A DNA stretch of 57,793 bases from an uncultured Planctomycetaceae bacterium (GCA_963976765.1 CAXBME010000027.1:62001-119793), one strand, 5' to 3'; numbered from the stretch's first letter, positions 30,944 to 39,645 are shown. Made by a program: numbers and translations. Notes: generated by a model from the letters alone, not told the origin.

Positions 30944-31214
30944 GCTTTCCTCCTTCAATGTCGGCGAGTGTAGCTGGGTGTTGGTCAGTCGGTGCGGCTG
31001 GCTCCAGCGGAAAGAGCGTGGGTTGATCCCCGTTGGGAGGCCGACGCCGCCGCATGGTCAGCGACGCTCGGGGCGTCTGGCCCCGCCTTGTATCGTCTGA
31101 TCGTACCACGTCTTGGGCGACGTGTCGCGCGAAAGGGTTCGCCCGGCAATTGCCGGCCCTGAATCAACACTGAACTGCATATCAACCTGCGATGATTTCT
31201 CGGTGGCGTTCCGC

Positions 31215-31694
31215 TTAGAACGGAACTTCCTGGCCCGATTCGATCCCCTTGGCCTGCCGGATCATGCCGCGCACTTCCTGGTACAGGCGTTCGGCGTCGA
31301 TGCGGGTGGTCATGGCCGAATCGGCCTCGATGGGATGCACCCACATATAATCATTGGCGTTCCAGCGATAGCCTGCCGACTTCACCAGGTCGAGAACGTC
31401 CTGGCCGGGCTTTTCCTCAAACTTGATCGCCATCTGCCGGTTCCGGCGGCTCTCGAACAGCCGGACGCCAGCTTCATAGTCTCCGGCGATGCCGAACGGG
31501 TCAGAGGCAATTGCCCTGCCTCGCTGTTGCTGAAGCCGCTGGACGAAGCCCGGTTGCTGCTCGGGGGTCTCCGGTGCTGGCGAGTCCACCTCAGCGGTGG
31601 CGACCGGCGCGGCGGTAGACTGCTCGGGTTCGGGTTGAACTGGGGTGGGTGTTTCAGTGGGTGTACTGTCCTTTGGGGTACGTTTTCTTGCCAT
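31215..31694 (-). CDS. Hypothetical element protein with SSB-like C-terminal tail (QEVPF)
   Basis: RBS GGAGG; disordered N-terminus, globular C-terminus. Confidence 0.75.
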   Translation of the reverse strand: MARKRTPKDSTPTETPTPVQPEPEQSTAAPVATAEVDSPAPETPEQQPGFVQRLQQQRGRAIASDPFGIAGDYEAGVRLFESRRNRQMAIKFEEKPGQDVLDLVKSAGYRWNANDYMWVHPIEADSAMTTRIDAERLYQEVRGMIRQAKGIESGQEVPF

Positions 31695-31779
31695 ATAATC
31701 CTCCATGACATAGTCGGGTTGTTCCACAACCTCTAAGTTCACCATATCACAGTTGGCAGGCTTCGCGCAATAGGCTCAG

Positions 31780-32505
31780 CGCGTGTTACGGCATGTTTCG
31801 CTGCATGTATGCCGCAGAAATACAGCCATGACAACAACTGCTGAAAGCGGAAAAGCGCAGATAATCAAGGCTTTGTGCATCGCACAAAATGCGCCTCATA
31901 GCCCGATGATTTTCAATCAGCAGTTGTGCCCGCCCGGAGGCTCGAAGCCGGAGGGCGGCAGGCGTCTTACCGCGAATTTCCCTGGGAAATCGCACCTATG
32001 CAGTGCATAGGGAAGACGCCTGAACGTTTTGTGGCTTGAATTGCCTTTATCAGTCTTGTGCAGCCCCATGTCTGGCAGGGTGCCCGTCATGTACCTGCAT
32101 GTGGGTGTGCGGTGTGTCGGACTTTCGTCGTCACGGCCGGTCTGTAGCGAAGACGGAGAATGCCGGAACGGACGCAGGCATTCAACTTTTGATTGAGGTG
32201 CCGTCACGAGGCCGTCACCGGCGGCTCGCAGGACTCGCCGGTGTTGGAAAGCGGCAGCCGAACGCCGAGCAAATGACGGGTTCGGGGTGTTCATGTTGAC
32301 TCTAACTCGTTGTCGGCGAGTTCGACTGAGCAAGAGGCAGCCCTCATTCTGAACATGACGGTTCAGATCAGGAGGCGACAACCGGGGAAGGAAAAGAGGC
32401 AAGGAAGACGAGGGCACGATGCCAGCAAGGTTCAGCTCGTGACAGAAAAATGGGGTCGAGCGATGAAGCCCGACCCCGCAAGCATTGCTGGTTCACCAGC
32501 GATTT
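31780..32505. ncRNA. Candidate large structured ncRNA or ssDNA element
   Basis: About 730 nt with no convincing ORF and many nested perfect stems (see findings). Confidence 0.4.
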
Positions 32506-32527
32506 ACATTGAAGTCTCTCGACTCGA

Positions 32528-32950
32528 CTACTTGGGAAACATTGCATTAGCCATCTGGTATAACGTGTCCCAGGTGATTCCGAATTCGCAATCGTGGCAA
32601 TCGTCAACCCGCTTCAACACCTTCCAGGCTTGATCGTCTGTCAAGTCATCGCGCACTGTATGAACGTCTTCGATTGACCAGATGGCTGCGATCTGCTTGT
32701 TGTGGTGAAGCGTCCAATCGGGGTAAGGCGGCAGAGCCTCGCCGACGACGAGATTCAGGGCGGCGACAATCATCTGGGCTTTCGCCTCCGCCATCGCCAC
32801 ATCAATGGTGTCCGGCATGTCACCGAAGCGCAGTTGCATGATGCACTGGCCGTCAGTGTCTTCGATCAGCAATACGTCGTTACAACCATAGCGGTCGCGG
32901 CGGTAGCTGTGGCGACCGGACATGGCGCTGATTGGCTGATTATTCGTCAT
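32528..32950 (-). CDS. Hypothetical protein
   Basis: RBS GGAGG; start overlaps the upstream small ORF. Confidence 0.7.
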   Translation of the reverse strand: MTNNQPISAMSGRHSYRRDRYGCNDVLLIEDTDGQCIMQLRFGDMPDTIDVAMAEAKAQMIVAALNLVVGEALPPYPDWTLHHNKQIAAIWSIEDVHTVRDDLTDDQAWKVLKRVDDCHDCEFGITWDTLYQMANAMFPK

Positions 32951-33113
32951 GGGCCGCCTCCAGTCCGAAGAGTTGTTCCAACTCGTAGCCGACCGGCAGG
33001 CCATCGTCGTCATAACGGAGTGGCGTGGTGCGAACCAGGTCGCGGACTTCGCTTTCGTCCCAGTCAAAGATGTCGTGGGATTCGCTGATTGAAATGTCGA
33101 GAGGTTGAACCAT
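32940..33113 (-). CDS. Small acidic protein (57 aa), below the ORF-track cut-off
   Basis: RBS AAGGAG; MVQPLDISISESHDIFDWDESEVRDLVRTTPLRYDDDGLPVGYELEQLFGLEAAHDE; overlaps the next start. Confidence 0.65.
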   Translation of the reverse strand: MVQPLDISISESHDIFDWDESEVRDLVRTTPLRYDDDGLPVGYELEQLFGLEAAHDE

Positions 33114-33150
33114 TGGTGTTCTCCTTACCTTGAATTGCAGGCCGCCCCAT

Positions 33151-33299
33151 GCGGCCTTTCTGGGGTCGCCAACAAGCCGCCCAAAGCCGGAGGCGAAAGC
33201 GAACGTGCAAGCGAAAGGCCGAAGGCTTCCTTCAGGAAAGCGGCCTTGGCAGCTTGCAGGCTCCGGCGGGCGGATTACGACCCCCGATGAACAGGCCGC
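33151..33299 (-). promoter_or_regulatory. Long imperfect hairpin, candidate ssDNA promoter/ssi (copy 2)
   Basis: Nested stems GCGGCCT/AGGCCGC, GGGGTCG/CGACCCC, GCCGGAG/CTCCGGC, TGCAAGC/GCTTGCA; apex CCTTCAGG. Confidence 0.55.
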
Positions 33300-33354
33300 T
33301 GGCGGATAAGCACAGGCGCAGGGAGGGCAACCGGATCGGACTCGATGGCGTCCA

Positions 33355-33627
33355 TCAATAATCTTCGGGCAGCAGCACGGTCGTCACCGAACGGTCGGAC
33401 TCGGTGATGATCCAGAAGCGATGGATGCCTTGCCCGTAGGCCGATAGCAGCCGGCCTCCCTGATGCAGGGCGTCGTGATTCGCCAGCGTGTCCTCGGGGC
33501 ACAAGTCGCCCCAATCGCCGGAAGCGTGTCGACGGAGGGCGGAGAGCACCTCTTCCGTGGAAAGCCGCAGGCCGGCGTTTGCCGTGATGACCACCTCGCC
33601 GAGAGGAAAGCGGATTTCAGTGGTCAT
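33355..33627 (-). CDS. Small mobile-element protein (RHxSGDWG family)
   Basis: RRHASGDWGDL...RLLSAY...WIITESDRSVTTVLLPEDY; 4-nt overlap with ardC. Confidence 0.85.
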   Translation of the reverse strand: MTTEIRFPLGEVVITANAGLRLSTEEVLSALRRHASGDWGDLCPEDTLANHDALHQGGRLLSAYGQGIHRFWIITESDRSVTTVLLPEDY

Positions 33628-34544
33628 GCCGGAACTCCCTTCTCATGAGCAAGGACGGCTGCCCCGTCGGGTTGCAACCCGTGTAGAAAATCAACGGCAC
33701 GTTGGGCGTGGGCGGCAGCCCGGAAGATGGCGCGCTTGTCGTCCTTGAGCACCTTGAGCCAGTGATCCAGGTAGGCGGCATGGTCGTCGCGGGGTTCCGG
33801 CGTGATGCCGAGGTCACAGCAAAGGAACGCGGCTCCGATCTCAGCAACGAGTTCTTCGCGGGCATACCCTTCATCGCCGAACTTCCTGCGCCCGAAGTCC
33901 CGGTCGAGGCGTGTCGGATGCTTTGTCCAGTGGGTCATCTCGTGGGCGAGCGTCGAGCAATAGCTCTCAGCATCCCGGAAGGACTCGAAGGGCGGCATCT
34001 GCACGTAGTCGTCTTGTGGGGCGTAGTACGCATGGTTGCCGCCGTGGCGGATGTCGGCCCCGGTGTGGTCGAAGAACTGGTCGGCAACCTCGATCCGTTC
34101 TGCTGGTTCAGCCTGGGAGGCGGCGATTGTGTAGAAGTGCGGCGGCAGCCCCTCAATTTGCTCCACGTTGAAAACGCTGTACGCCTTCATGAAGTAGATG
34201 CCGCGCTCGCTCTCCTGCCCATTCTCGGTGGTCTCCGTCCGGGTGATGCGGTCGGCGTAGACGACCAGCGTGCCTTTGGAACCCTTCCTGATATTGGCAC
34301 CCAGTTCCTTCGCTTGATTGAAGGTCATCCAGATCGGTGCCGTGAAATGTTGCGACAGGGCGGATTCCCAGAGGGTCAGGACGTTGATGCCCTTGTAAGG
34401 CTGTCCGCCCGCCCGCAAGGGACGGGTGATGCGCCCGGCGACGTGTTCGGCGTTCCAGGGTTTGAGCCACGGCCGGACGCCCCGTTCAAGGTCGGCGATA
34501 ATGGCGTTGGTGACGCGGGTATAGAGGTCGATGCGCGTTTTCAT
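33624..34544 (-). CDS. ardC: ArdC anti-restriction ssDNA-binding protein (DUF1738 plus zincin-like domain)
   Basis: PWLKPW, YKGINVL, WMTFNQA, VFNVEQ, HEMTH (HExxH), YAREELVAE. Confidence 0.93.
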   Translation of the reverse strand: MKTRIDLYTRVTNAIIADLERGVRPWLKPWNAEHVAGRITRPLRAGGQPYKGINVLTLWESALSQHFTAPIWMTFNQAKELGANIRKGSKGTLVVYADRITRTETTENGQESERGIYFMKAYSVFNVEQIEGLPPHFYTIAASQAEPAERIEVADQFFDHTGADIRHGGNHAYYAPQDDYVQMPPFESFRDAESYCSTLAHEMTHWTKHPTRLDRDFGRRKFGDEGYAREELVAEIGAAFLCCDLGITPEPRDDHAAYLDHWLKVLKDDKRAIFRAAAHAQRAVDFLHGLQPDGAAVLAHEKGVPA

Positions 34545-34795
34545 GGGCGATCTCCTTCAACAGAGGCCGACTGCCCGTCCATCTCTCCCGGAGGTGTGAG
34601 CAATGCGTAAGGATCGTCGTCAAAGAGCCGGGCGAAGGGCACCAGATCGTAGGCCGTGCCGCGACGGTTGACGGCACAGATGACATAGGCGGGTCGTCCG
34701 GTCGCTTGCTCGCGGCATTCGAGAAGGCAGGCAGCACCATTGCTGAACGCCCGGATCAAAGTGTTGAAGTTGTCTTGGTATGGTTGAGGTATCAT
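34541..34795 (-). CDS. Small plasmid-type protein (DUF6117-like)
   Basis: NFNTLIRA...LLEC...TGRPAYVICAV...PF...PY..L.PP pattern; RBS AAAGGAG. Confidence 0.75.
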   Translation of the reverse strand: MIPQPYQDNFNTLIRAFSNGAACLLECREQATGRPAYVICAVNRRGTAYDLVPFARLFDDDPYALLTPPGEMDGQSASVEGDRP

Positions 34796-34850
34796 GGTTG
34801 GACTCCTTTCCAAAGAAGAGGGGCGGGCATCGCTGCCCGCCCCGATTGCA

Positions 34851-36797
34851 TCATGCGGCCTGACTGGTCTTGGCCGGTTCAGCAGGCACCGGGATGCCGA
34901 AGCCCATCCCGGCAGGTAGCCAATGCTTCAGCCGCCCGATCTGTTCCGGCGTGCGTCCCGACTTTTCGGGATTGGCGAACGCCCGATGAAGCTGACCGAC
35001 CAACAACGCTTTCTTGTCCTTGGCCCGCGATTGTGACCACGATTCACCGAGGACATCGCGGCCGATGACCAGCAATTGCTCACGGGTAATGCGGCTCAGG
35101 TAGTTTTCGCTGGTCGGACGCCAATAGGCGGCCATATCCCCCGATGTCAGTGACAAGGCTACTTCGTCGGCTGTCACGTCTTCCCCGGCGGTCGGAGCCA
35201 AATTGAGTTGCAGCCTTAACGCCGCGCAGTAGGCGAGCAATTCCCGTTTGGCCGTGTCCGACAACGAACGGAACGCCTCGAAGCGGTCGGCTTCTGATTC
35301 CGGCTGGAGCCACTCGACGGGAAGTGTGTTTGCGATAGAGGCAAAGGCTTCACCAGCGACCGTTGATTCCATGTCATCCAAACGATTTCGGCGAGTACGC
35401 CCGAATGGCACATCCGCCTCATCGTCCTCGAAGTGAGTATTGCCCAGCATCGATTGGGCGATCTGGAACATCAGCAGGTCAACGGCTATCGCAGGATGTT
35501 TGGCCAATTCAACTTGGGCGACCTGCAAGCGGGCTGTTGCCAGATCACGGCGAAGGCTCACTGACAGCGGGTGCTTCGGCTTGACCTTCAAGGGACTGGC
35601 ATCGCCGGCCTCACCCATGAGCCCGGCAAGCTGCTTGCGATGCTCCGGTTTCACCAGCCCCTTGTCGATAAACGGGGTGCCGTCGTGGCTGATGGAGACG
35701 AAGCAGCCAGCCAGCAACTTCTGTTCGGCATCGAAACCGACATACGCTGCCAGACGTTCATCAAGCTCTTCCTGGTGTTGACGAATGCTTTCCTGCTTGT
35801 CGAGCAGTCCGTCTGCCTCCCGGCTACCTTCCTCTGTTTCATCGAGCAATCGCTCAACCGCATCAAGCTCGTCGTCCAGTCGCGTTTTCAGTTCGAGCAG
35901 TTCGGAAGGGGCATCGATAAGCAGCGGGCGTATCCGGGCGCAGCGGTTGATGAAGGTGTAATCACGCTCCGAGTTGATCTCGATCCAGCCCCAACCTTCT
36001 GCTTCGAGTTCGCGGCGGATGCCGTCGAACTTCTGCTCAGTCAGTTTGTGCAGCAACTCTGGGTTTTCGAGATAGATTTCTTCCCCGAACAGATCGGCAC
36101 GGGTCAAGCCGCCCGCAGCGGTGTAAATATCCAGCCCGACGAAGTGAACCAGTTTGTCGCTGGCCTCCACCATCTTCTCGGTGAGAGCATCACGGATGGT
36201 GCCGGGATCTTCTTTCTGCCAACCTTGGAGCGCGTTGTAAACCTTGAGCTGACGTTGATAGTCATCGGTGACCGTGAAGGCCATCAGGCATTCCAACGTC
36301 ATACCTTCGTTTCGGTATTCCTCGAAGAGTTCGGGAGCGACGCGGGCGAGTTTCATCCGTTTGTGGATGAGGCTTTCCTCGATACCGAACCTCACTGCGA
36401 CCTCGGCGGCGGTATGCCCCTTGTCGAGCAGGTCAGCAAAGGCTTCAAACTGATCGGCCGGGTGCATTGCCAGGCGGACGACGTTTTCAGCGAGGCTCAT
36501 TTCCTTGGCCGATTCTTCAGTGACGACCTGGCACGGCACCGAAAACTCCGCTGGTAATTTGCCTTCATGCTGAAGCTCATGGATGGCTTCCAGGCGGCGT
36601 CCGCCCGCAATGACGTGGAAAAGGCCATCACCGGCGTCCGTGACGACGAGGTTCTGCATCAGGCCGTGAGCGAGAATCGACGCCTTCAGTTCCTCGATGC
36701 CGCCCCTGGCTGCCGTCTTGCGGGCGTTCAGCGGGGATTTTTCCAGCTTGCTGGCTGCGATGAGTTGAGGTTGGGTCGTGGTTTCTGTCTTGGTCAT
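34851..36797 (-). CDS. ParB/RepB/Spo0J-family protein of mobile elements
   Basis: SPLNARK, GLMQNL, AGGRRL, SLAEN, HPADQFEAF, HTH. Confidence 0.92.
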   Translation of the reverse strand: MTKTETTTQPQLIAASKLEKSPLNARKTAARGGIEELKASILAHGLMQNLVVTDAGDGLFHVIAGGRRLEAIHELQHEGKLPAEFSVPCQVVTEESAKEMSLAENVVRLAMHPADQFEAFADLLDKGHTAAEVAVRFGIEESLIHKRMKLARVAPELFEEYRNEGMTLECLMAFTVTDDYQRQLKVYNALQGWQKEDPGTIRDALTEKMVEASDKLVHFVGLDIYTAAGGLTRADLFGEEIYLENPELLHKLTEQKFDGIRRELEAEGWGWIEINSERDYTFINRCARIRPLLIDAPSELLELKTRLDDELDAVERLLDETEEGSREADGLLDKQESIRQHQEELDERLAAYVGFDAEQKLLAGCFVSISHDGTPFIDKGLVKPEHRKQLAGLMGEAGDASPLKVKPKHPLSVSLRRDLATARLQVAQVELAKHPAIAVDLLMFQIAQSMLGNTHFEDDEADVPFGRTRRNRLDDMESTVAGEAFASIANTLPVEWLQPESEADRFEAFRSLSDTAKRELLAYCAALRLQLNLAPTAGEDVTADEVALSLTSGDMAAYWRPTSENYLSRITREQLLVIGRDVLGESWSQSRAKDKKALLVGQLHRAFANPEKSGRTPEQIGRLKHWLPAGMGFGIPVPAEPAKTSQAA

Positions 36798-36831
36798 AAA
36801 AACTCCTTGAATGGGTTGGTTGAGAAATGAA

Positions 36832-36861
36832 ACCGGCGGGCGACCGAAGCCGCCCGCCGGT
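36832..36861 (-). terminator. Intergenic GC hairpin
   Basis: ACCGGCGGGCG...CGCCCGCCGGT followed by TTCATTTCT on the minus strand; similar hairpin at 34820-34843. Confidence 0.5.
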
Positions 36862-36869
36862 ATCCAGAG

Positions 36870-37133
36870 TCAGGCGGCGGCCTGAGCGGATTCTTTGCGG
36901 CCTTTGGCGTCGGCCTGAAGCTGGTGCATGATCCAGGTGTGGGCGAGGTCAAAGAGCTTGGCCATCGTCAGCAGGTCGTCGAAACCGAGGCTGTCGGTCT
37001 CTTTCCATGTGTCGTCGCCATTCTTGTAGCTGCGGGTCGGAATGACGCTGTACCAGTTGCCGCGTTCACCCTGGTTGCGCCAGATGGTGACTTGCAGGGC
37101 ACCGATACGGATTTTGTGAGCGGGTTGGGACAT
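36870..37133 (-). CDS. Small PC4-like putative ssDNA-binding protein
   Basis: 87 aa; IRIGALQVTIW, RSYK, WKETDSL, DDLL pattern; RBS AAGGAG. Confidence 0.7.
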   Translation of the reverse strand: MSQPAHKIRIGALQVTIWRNQGERGNWYSVIPTRSYKNGDDTWKETDSLGFDDLLTMAKLFDLAHTWIMHQLQADAKGRKESAQAAA

Positions 37134-37152
37134 GATGTTCTCCTTTTTCGTT

Positions 37153-37348
37153 TTGTTTCCGGCTGCGACCATCGCGGCCTAATGGCACCCGAAACAAAGC
37201 CGCCTCAGTCCGGGGTGAAACGAGCGCAGCGAACCGGGCCAGCGGAAAATTGGGGGCGACCTTCAGGGGGAGCCGATTTTCCGCTTGAGCGGACCGGCGG
37301 CGGCTTTAGGCGTGCCCGTCAGGAAGGCCGCTATGGTCGGGGAAACAA
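37153..37348 (-). promoter_or_regulatory. Long imperfect hairpin, candidate ssDNA promoter/ssi (copy 1)
   Basis: TTGTTTCC/GGAAACAA, CGACCAT/ATGGTCG, GCGGCCT/AGGCCGC, AAAGCCGCC/GGCGGCTTT, AGCGGAAAAT/ATTTTCCGCT; apex CCTTCAGG. Confidence 0.6.
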
Positions 37349-37668
37349 GCTGTGGAAAGGACAGCAGGGCGAAGCCCCGGCGAAAGAGAGAGCGCGTTTT
37401 CAGCCCCAAGACACACGGGCAAAGACAGTCTGGTGATACGCCTCAGCCATGCGAAAGTTGGCCTCGTTGCAGACCGTCTTCGACCGAGAGAAGCCTCAAC
37501 GGGCAGGGATGGAGAGCAGGAATCACGCTGTCTCAATGGCTTACGCGGACGGAATCGCTCAACGTCGCGGTGAGTGCGATTCTCCGGGACAATTGGGCCT
37601 GAATCGTGCTACTCTCGAAGAATAAAGGCACGGCGGAGACCGGCCATAAACGCAACAGGGATGTGACT

Positions 37669-37872
37669 ATGAATGAGATACCAGAAACGGGCTTTCTGCG
37701 CTTACCGCAGGTGCTGAGCGTGATCCCACTGGGCAAAACCTGCTGGTGGGAAGGGGTGAAATCGGGGCGATTCCCCAAGCCGGTCAAGCTGTCGGCGCGA
37801 TGCACGGCATGGCGCGCCGAAGACATTCGGCAGCTAATCGAGATGCTTTCGGAACAAACGGACGTTCATTGA
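37669..37872 (+). CDS. alpA: AlpA-family excisionase/regulator
   Basis: GFLRLPQVL, WWEGVKSGRFPKPVKLS.R.TAW. Confidence 0.92.
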   Translation: MNEIPETGFLRLPQVLSVIPLGKTCWWEGVKSGRFPKPVKLSARCTAWRAEDIRQLIEMLSEQTDVH

Positions 37873-37909
37873 TGTCGCTCAGGATGGGATGGGACAACGG
37901 TGCGGATCA

Positions 37910-38143
37910 GTGGGTGAAATTGTGGGTGAAAGTTCGCATGATACGGGACACAATTAATCCTTATTCACCACTTAGCTACGAATTGTGAATCCTAGTCCCC
38001 CAGCCAACTGTTCATCCGCCTGCGTCCGCAGGACTCCGCTTGTGGCATTGACCAGAGCCATTTCCAGAGAATCATCCTGGCCGATACCGTCCGCAGATAT
38101 TCGTTGACAATCACCCGCAAATGTGGGTGATATTGTGGGTGAA
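37910..38143 (+). mobile_element. attP-type recombination site: tRNA-Gln 3'-end core flanked by arm-type repeats
   Basis: Core GAATCCTAGTCCCCCAGCCA (37987-38006); tandem GTGGGTGA repeats at 37910-37930 and 38122-38143; lies between alpA and int. Confidence 0.8.
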
Positions 38144-38174
38144 ACGGAGTTCAACCAAATCTTTCTCCCACACG

Positions 38175-39371
38175 ATGACGAAACTGACGGAAATAGCTAT
38201 CAAGAGCGCGAAACCTGGCGAGCGTATCAGGAAACTGAGTGACGGGAACGGGCTTGTCCTGCTCGTCTACCCCAACGGCAGCAAGTACTGGGCCTTTCGA
38301 TATCGCTACCTCGGCAAAGAGAAAAACCTCTCGCTGGGCATTTACCCTGCCGTGGGACTTGCGGAAGCTCGCAGCAAGCTGAGCGATGCTCGCAAACTGC
38401 TATCCAGCGGACAGGATCCCTCGGAGGTTCGCAAAGCCGTGAAGCGAGAGGCCATGATCTCTGCCGAGAACAACTTTGAGGCAGTTGCCCGAGAGTGGAT
38501 GGCCGCGAAAAGCCCTGCCTGGACGTCTCGTTACGCTGGATTCGTAGCGAAGCGGCTGGAGCAAGATATCTTTCCGCGATTGGGTGCTCGCCCGATCAAA
38601 GACATCACAGCCCCCGAATTGCTCTCGGTCGTGCGGCTGATCGAAAAACGTGGTGCTTTGGAGCTGGCTCACCGTGTTCTGCAATGCTGCGGACAAATCT
38701 TCATGTACGGCATTGCCACCGGTCGAGCCGAACGAAACCCCGCCAGTGACCTCAAAGGGGCCTTGAAGACGTATGCGAAAAAGCCATTCGGTCACCTGAA
38801 AACCATCGAACTGCCTGAGTTCCTGCAAAAACTGAGCACCTATGACGGTCATCCGCAAACCAAGCTCGCCGTCACTTTGCTGATGCTGACGTTCGTGCGG
38901 ACGACCGAATTGCGCGGAGCCACATGGGAGGAACTTGACCTGGATGAAGGCGAATGGCGCATTCCCGCCGAACGCATGAAAATGCGGCGAGACCACATTG
39001 TGCCGCTGTCCCGGCAGGCTGTCGCTGCCTTCAGAGAACTCCAGGATCTAAACGGCCAATGGAAGTACGTGTTTCCAAATCCTCGCAAGCCGCTCAAGCA
39101 CATGAGTGAGAACGCCGTACTCTATGCTCTGTACCGAATGGGCTACCACAATCGGACAACGGGGCATGGTTTTCGGCACACCGCCTCGACGATCCTCAAC
39201 GAAAGCGGCCTGTTCAGCCCCGATGCCATTGAGCGGCAACTCGCTCACATCCAGGGCAATAAGGTGCGTGCCGCTTACAACCATGCCCAGTACCTGCCGG
39301 AGCGGCGGGAGATGATGCAATGGTGGGCCGATTTTCTAGATCAGATGGCGGCGAAGAAGCCGTCGAAATAA
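38175..39371 (+). CDS. P4-type tyrosine integrase with N-terminal arm-binding domain
   Basis: DGNGL, GSKYW, LGIYP; catalytic R (VRTTE), HGFR, LAH, AYN. Confidence 0.96.
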   Translation: MTKLTEIAIKSAKPGERIRKLSDGNGLVLLVYPNGSKYWAFRYRYLGKEKNLSLGIYPAVGLAEARSKLSDARKLLSSGQDPSEVRKAVKREAMISAENNFEAVAREWMAAKSPAWTSRYAGFVAKRLEQDIFPRLGARPIKDITAPELLSVVRLIEKRGALELAHRVLQCCGQIFMYGIATGRAERNPASDLKGALKTYAKKPFGHLKTIELPEFLQKLSTYDGHPQTKLAVTLLMLTFVRTTELRGATWEELDLDEGEWRIPAERMKMRRDHIVPLSRQAVAAFRELQDLNGQWKYVFPNPRKPLKHMSENAVLYALYRMGYHNRTTGHGFRHTASTILNESGLFSPDAIERQLAHIQGNKVRAAYNHAQYLPERREMMQWWADFLDQMAAKKPSK

Positions 39372-39645
39372 GGCATTGCCGGGCTGGTGATACGCCTTGG
39401 TTTCCCTCGTTGCAGCCCGTCGTTGACGAGACGGTCTCTTCACCCGACTGTCCAGTGTCGCAGTCAAAGCATGTCGCACAAAAATCCCTGAGATTTCAAT
39501 CACAACGTGATGTAGTGCGATGACAACACAACCATGTTGCGGTGAAGTTGCAATGTCATTCATTTTCGCAAATCGGCTCTCAGAGCCAGAGAGCAGAGAG
39601 GAGTTAAGGAAGCGTTAACAAATCTGTGCGATGATAAAATGAGGC
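39372..39645. other. Candidate oriT and relaxase promoter
   Basis: Non-coding gap upstream of mobF; TGTCGCA direct repeats (39456, 39472) and GGCTCT-C-AGAGCC palindrome; nic site not recognised. Confidence 0.4.

Noticed and set aside
31780..32505. Group II intron, retron or coding explanation for the structured gap
   Set aside because: No domain V motif recognised, no reverse transcriptase in the window, and the overlapping ORFs lack protein-like character
37987..38006. Possible tRNA-Gln gene
   Set aside because: Only part of the T-arm and the acceptor 3' end are present; no D or anticodon arm upstream, so treated as an att core
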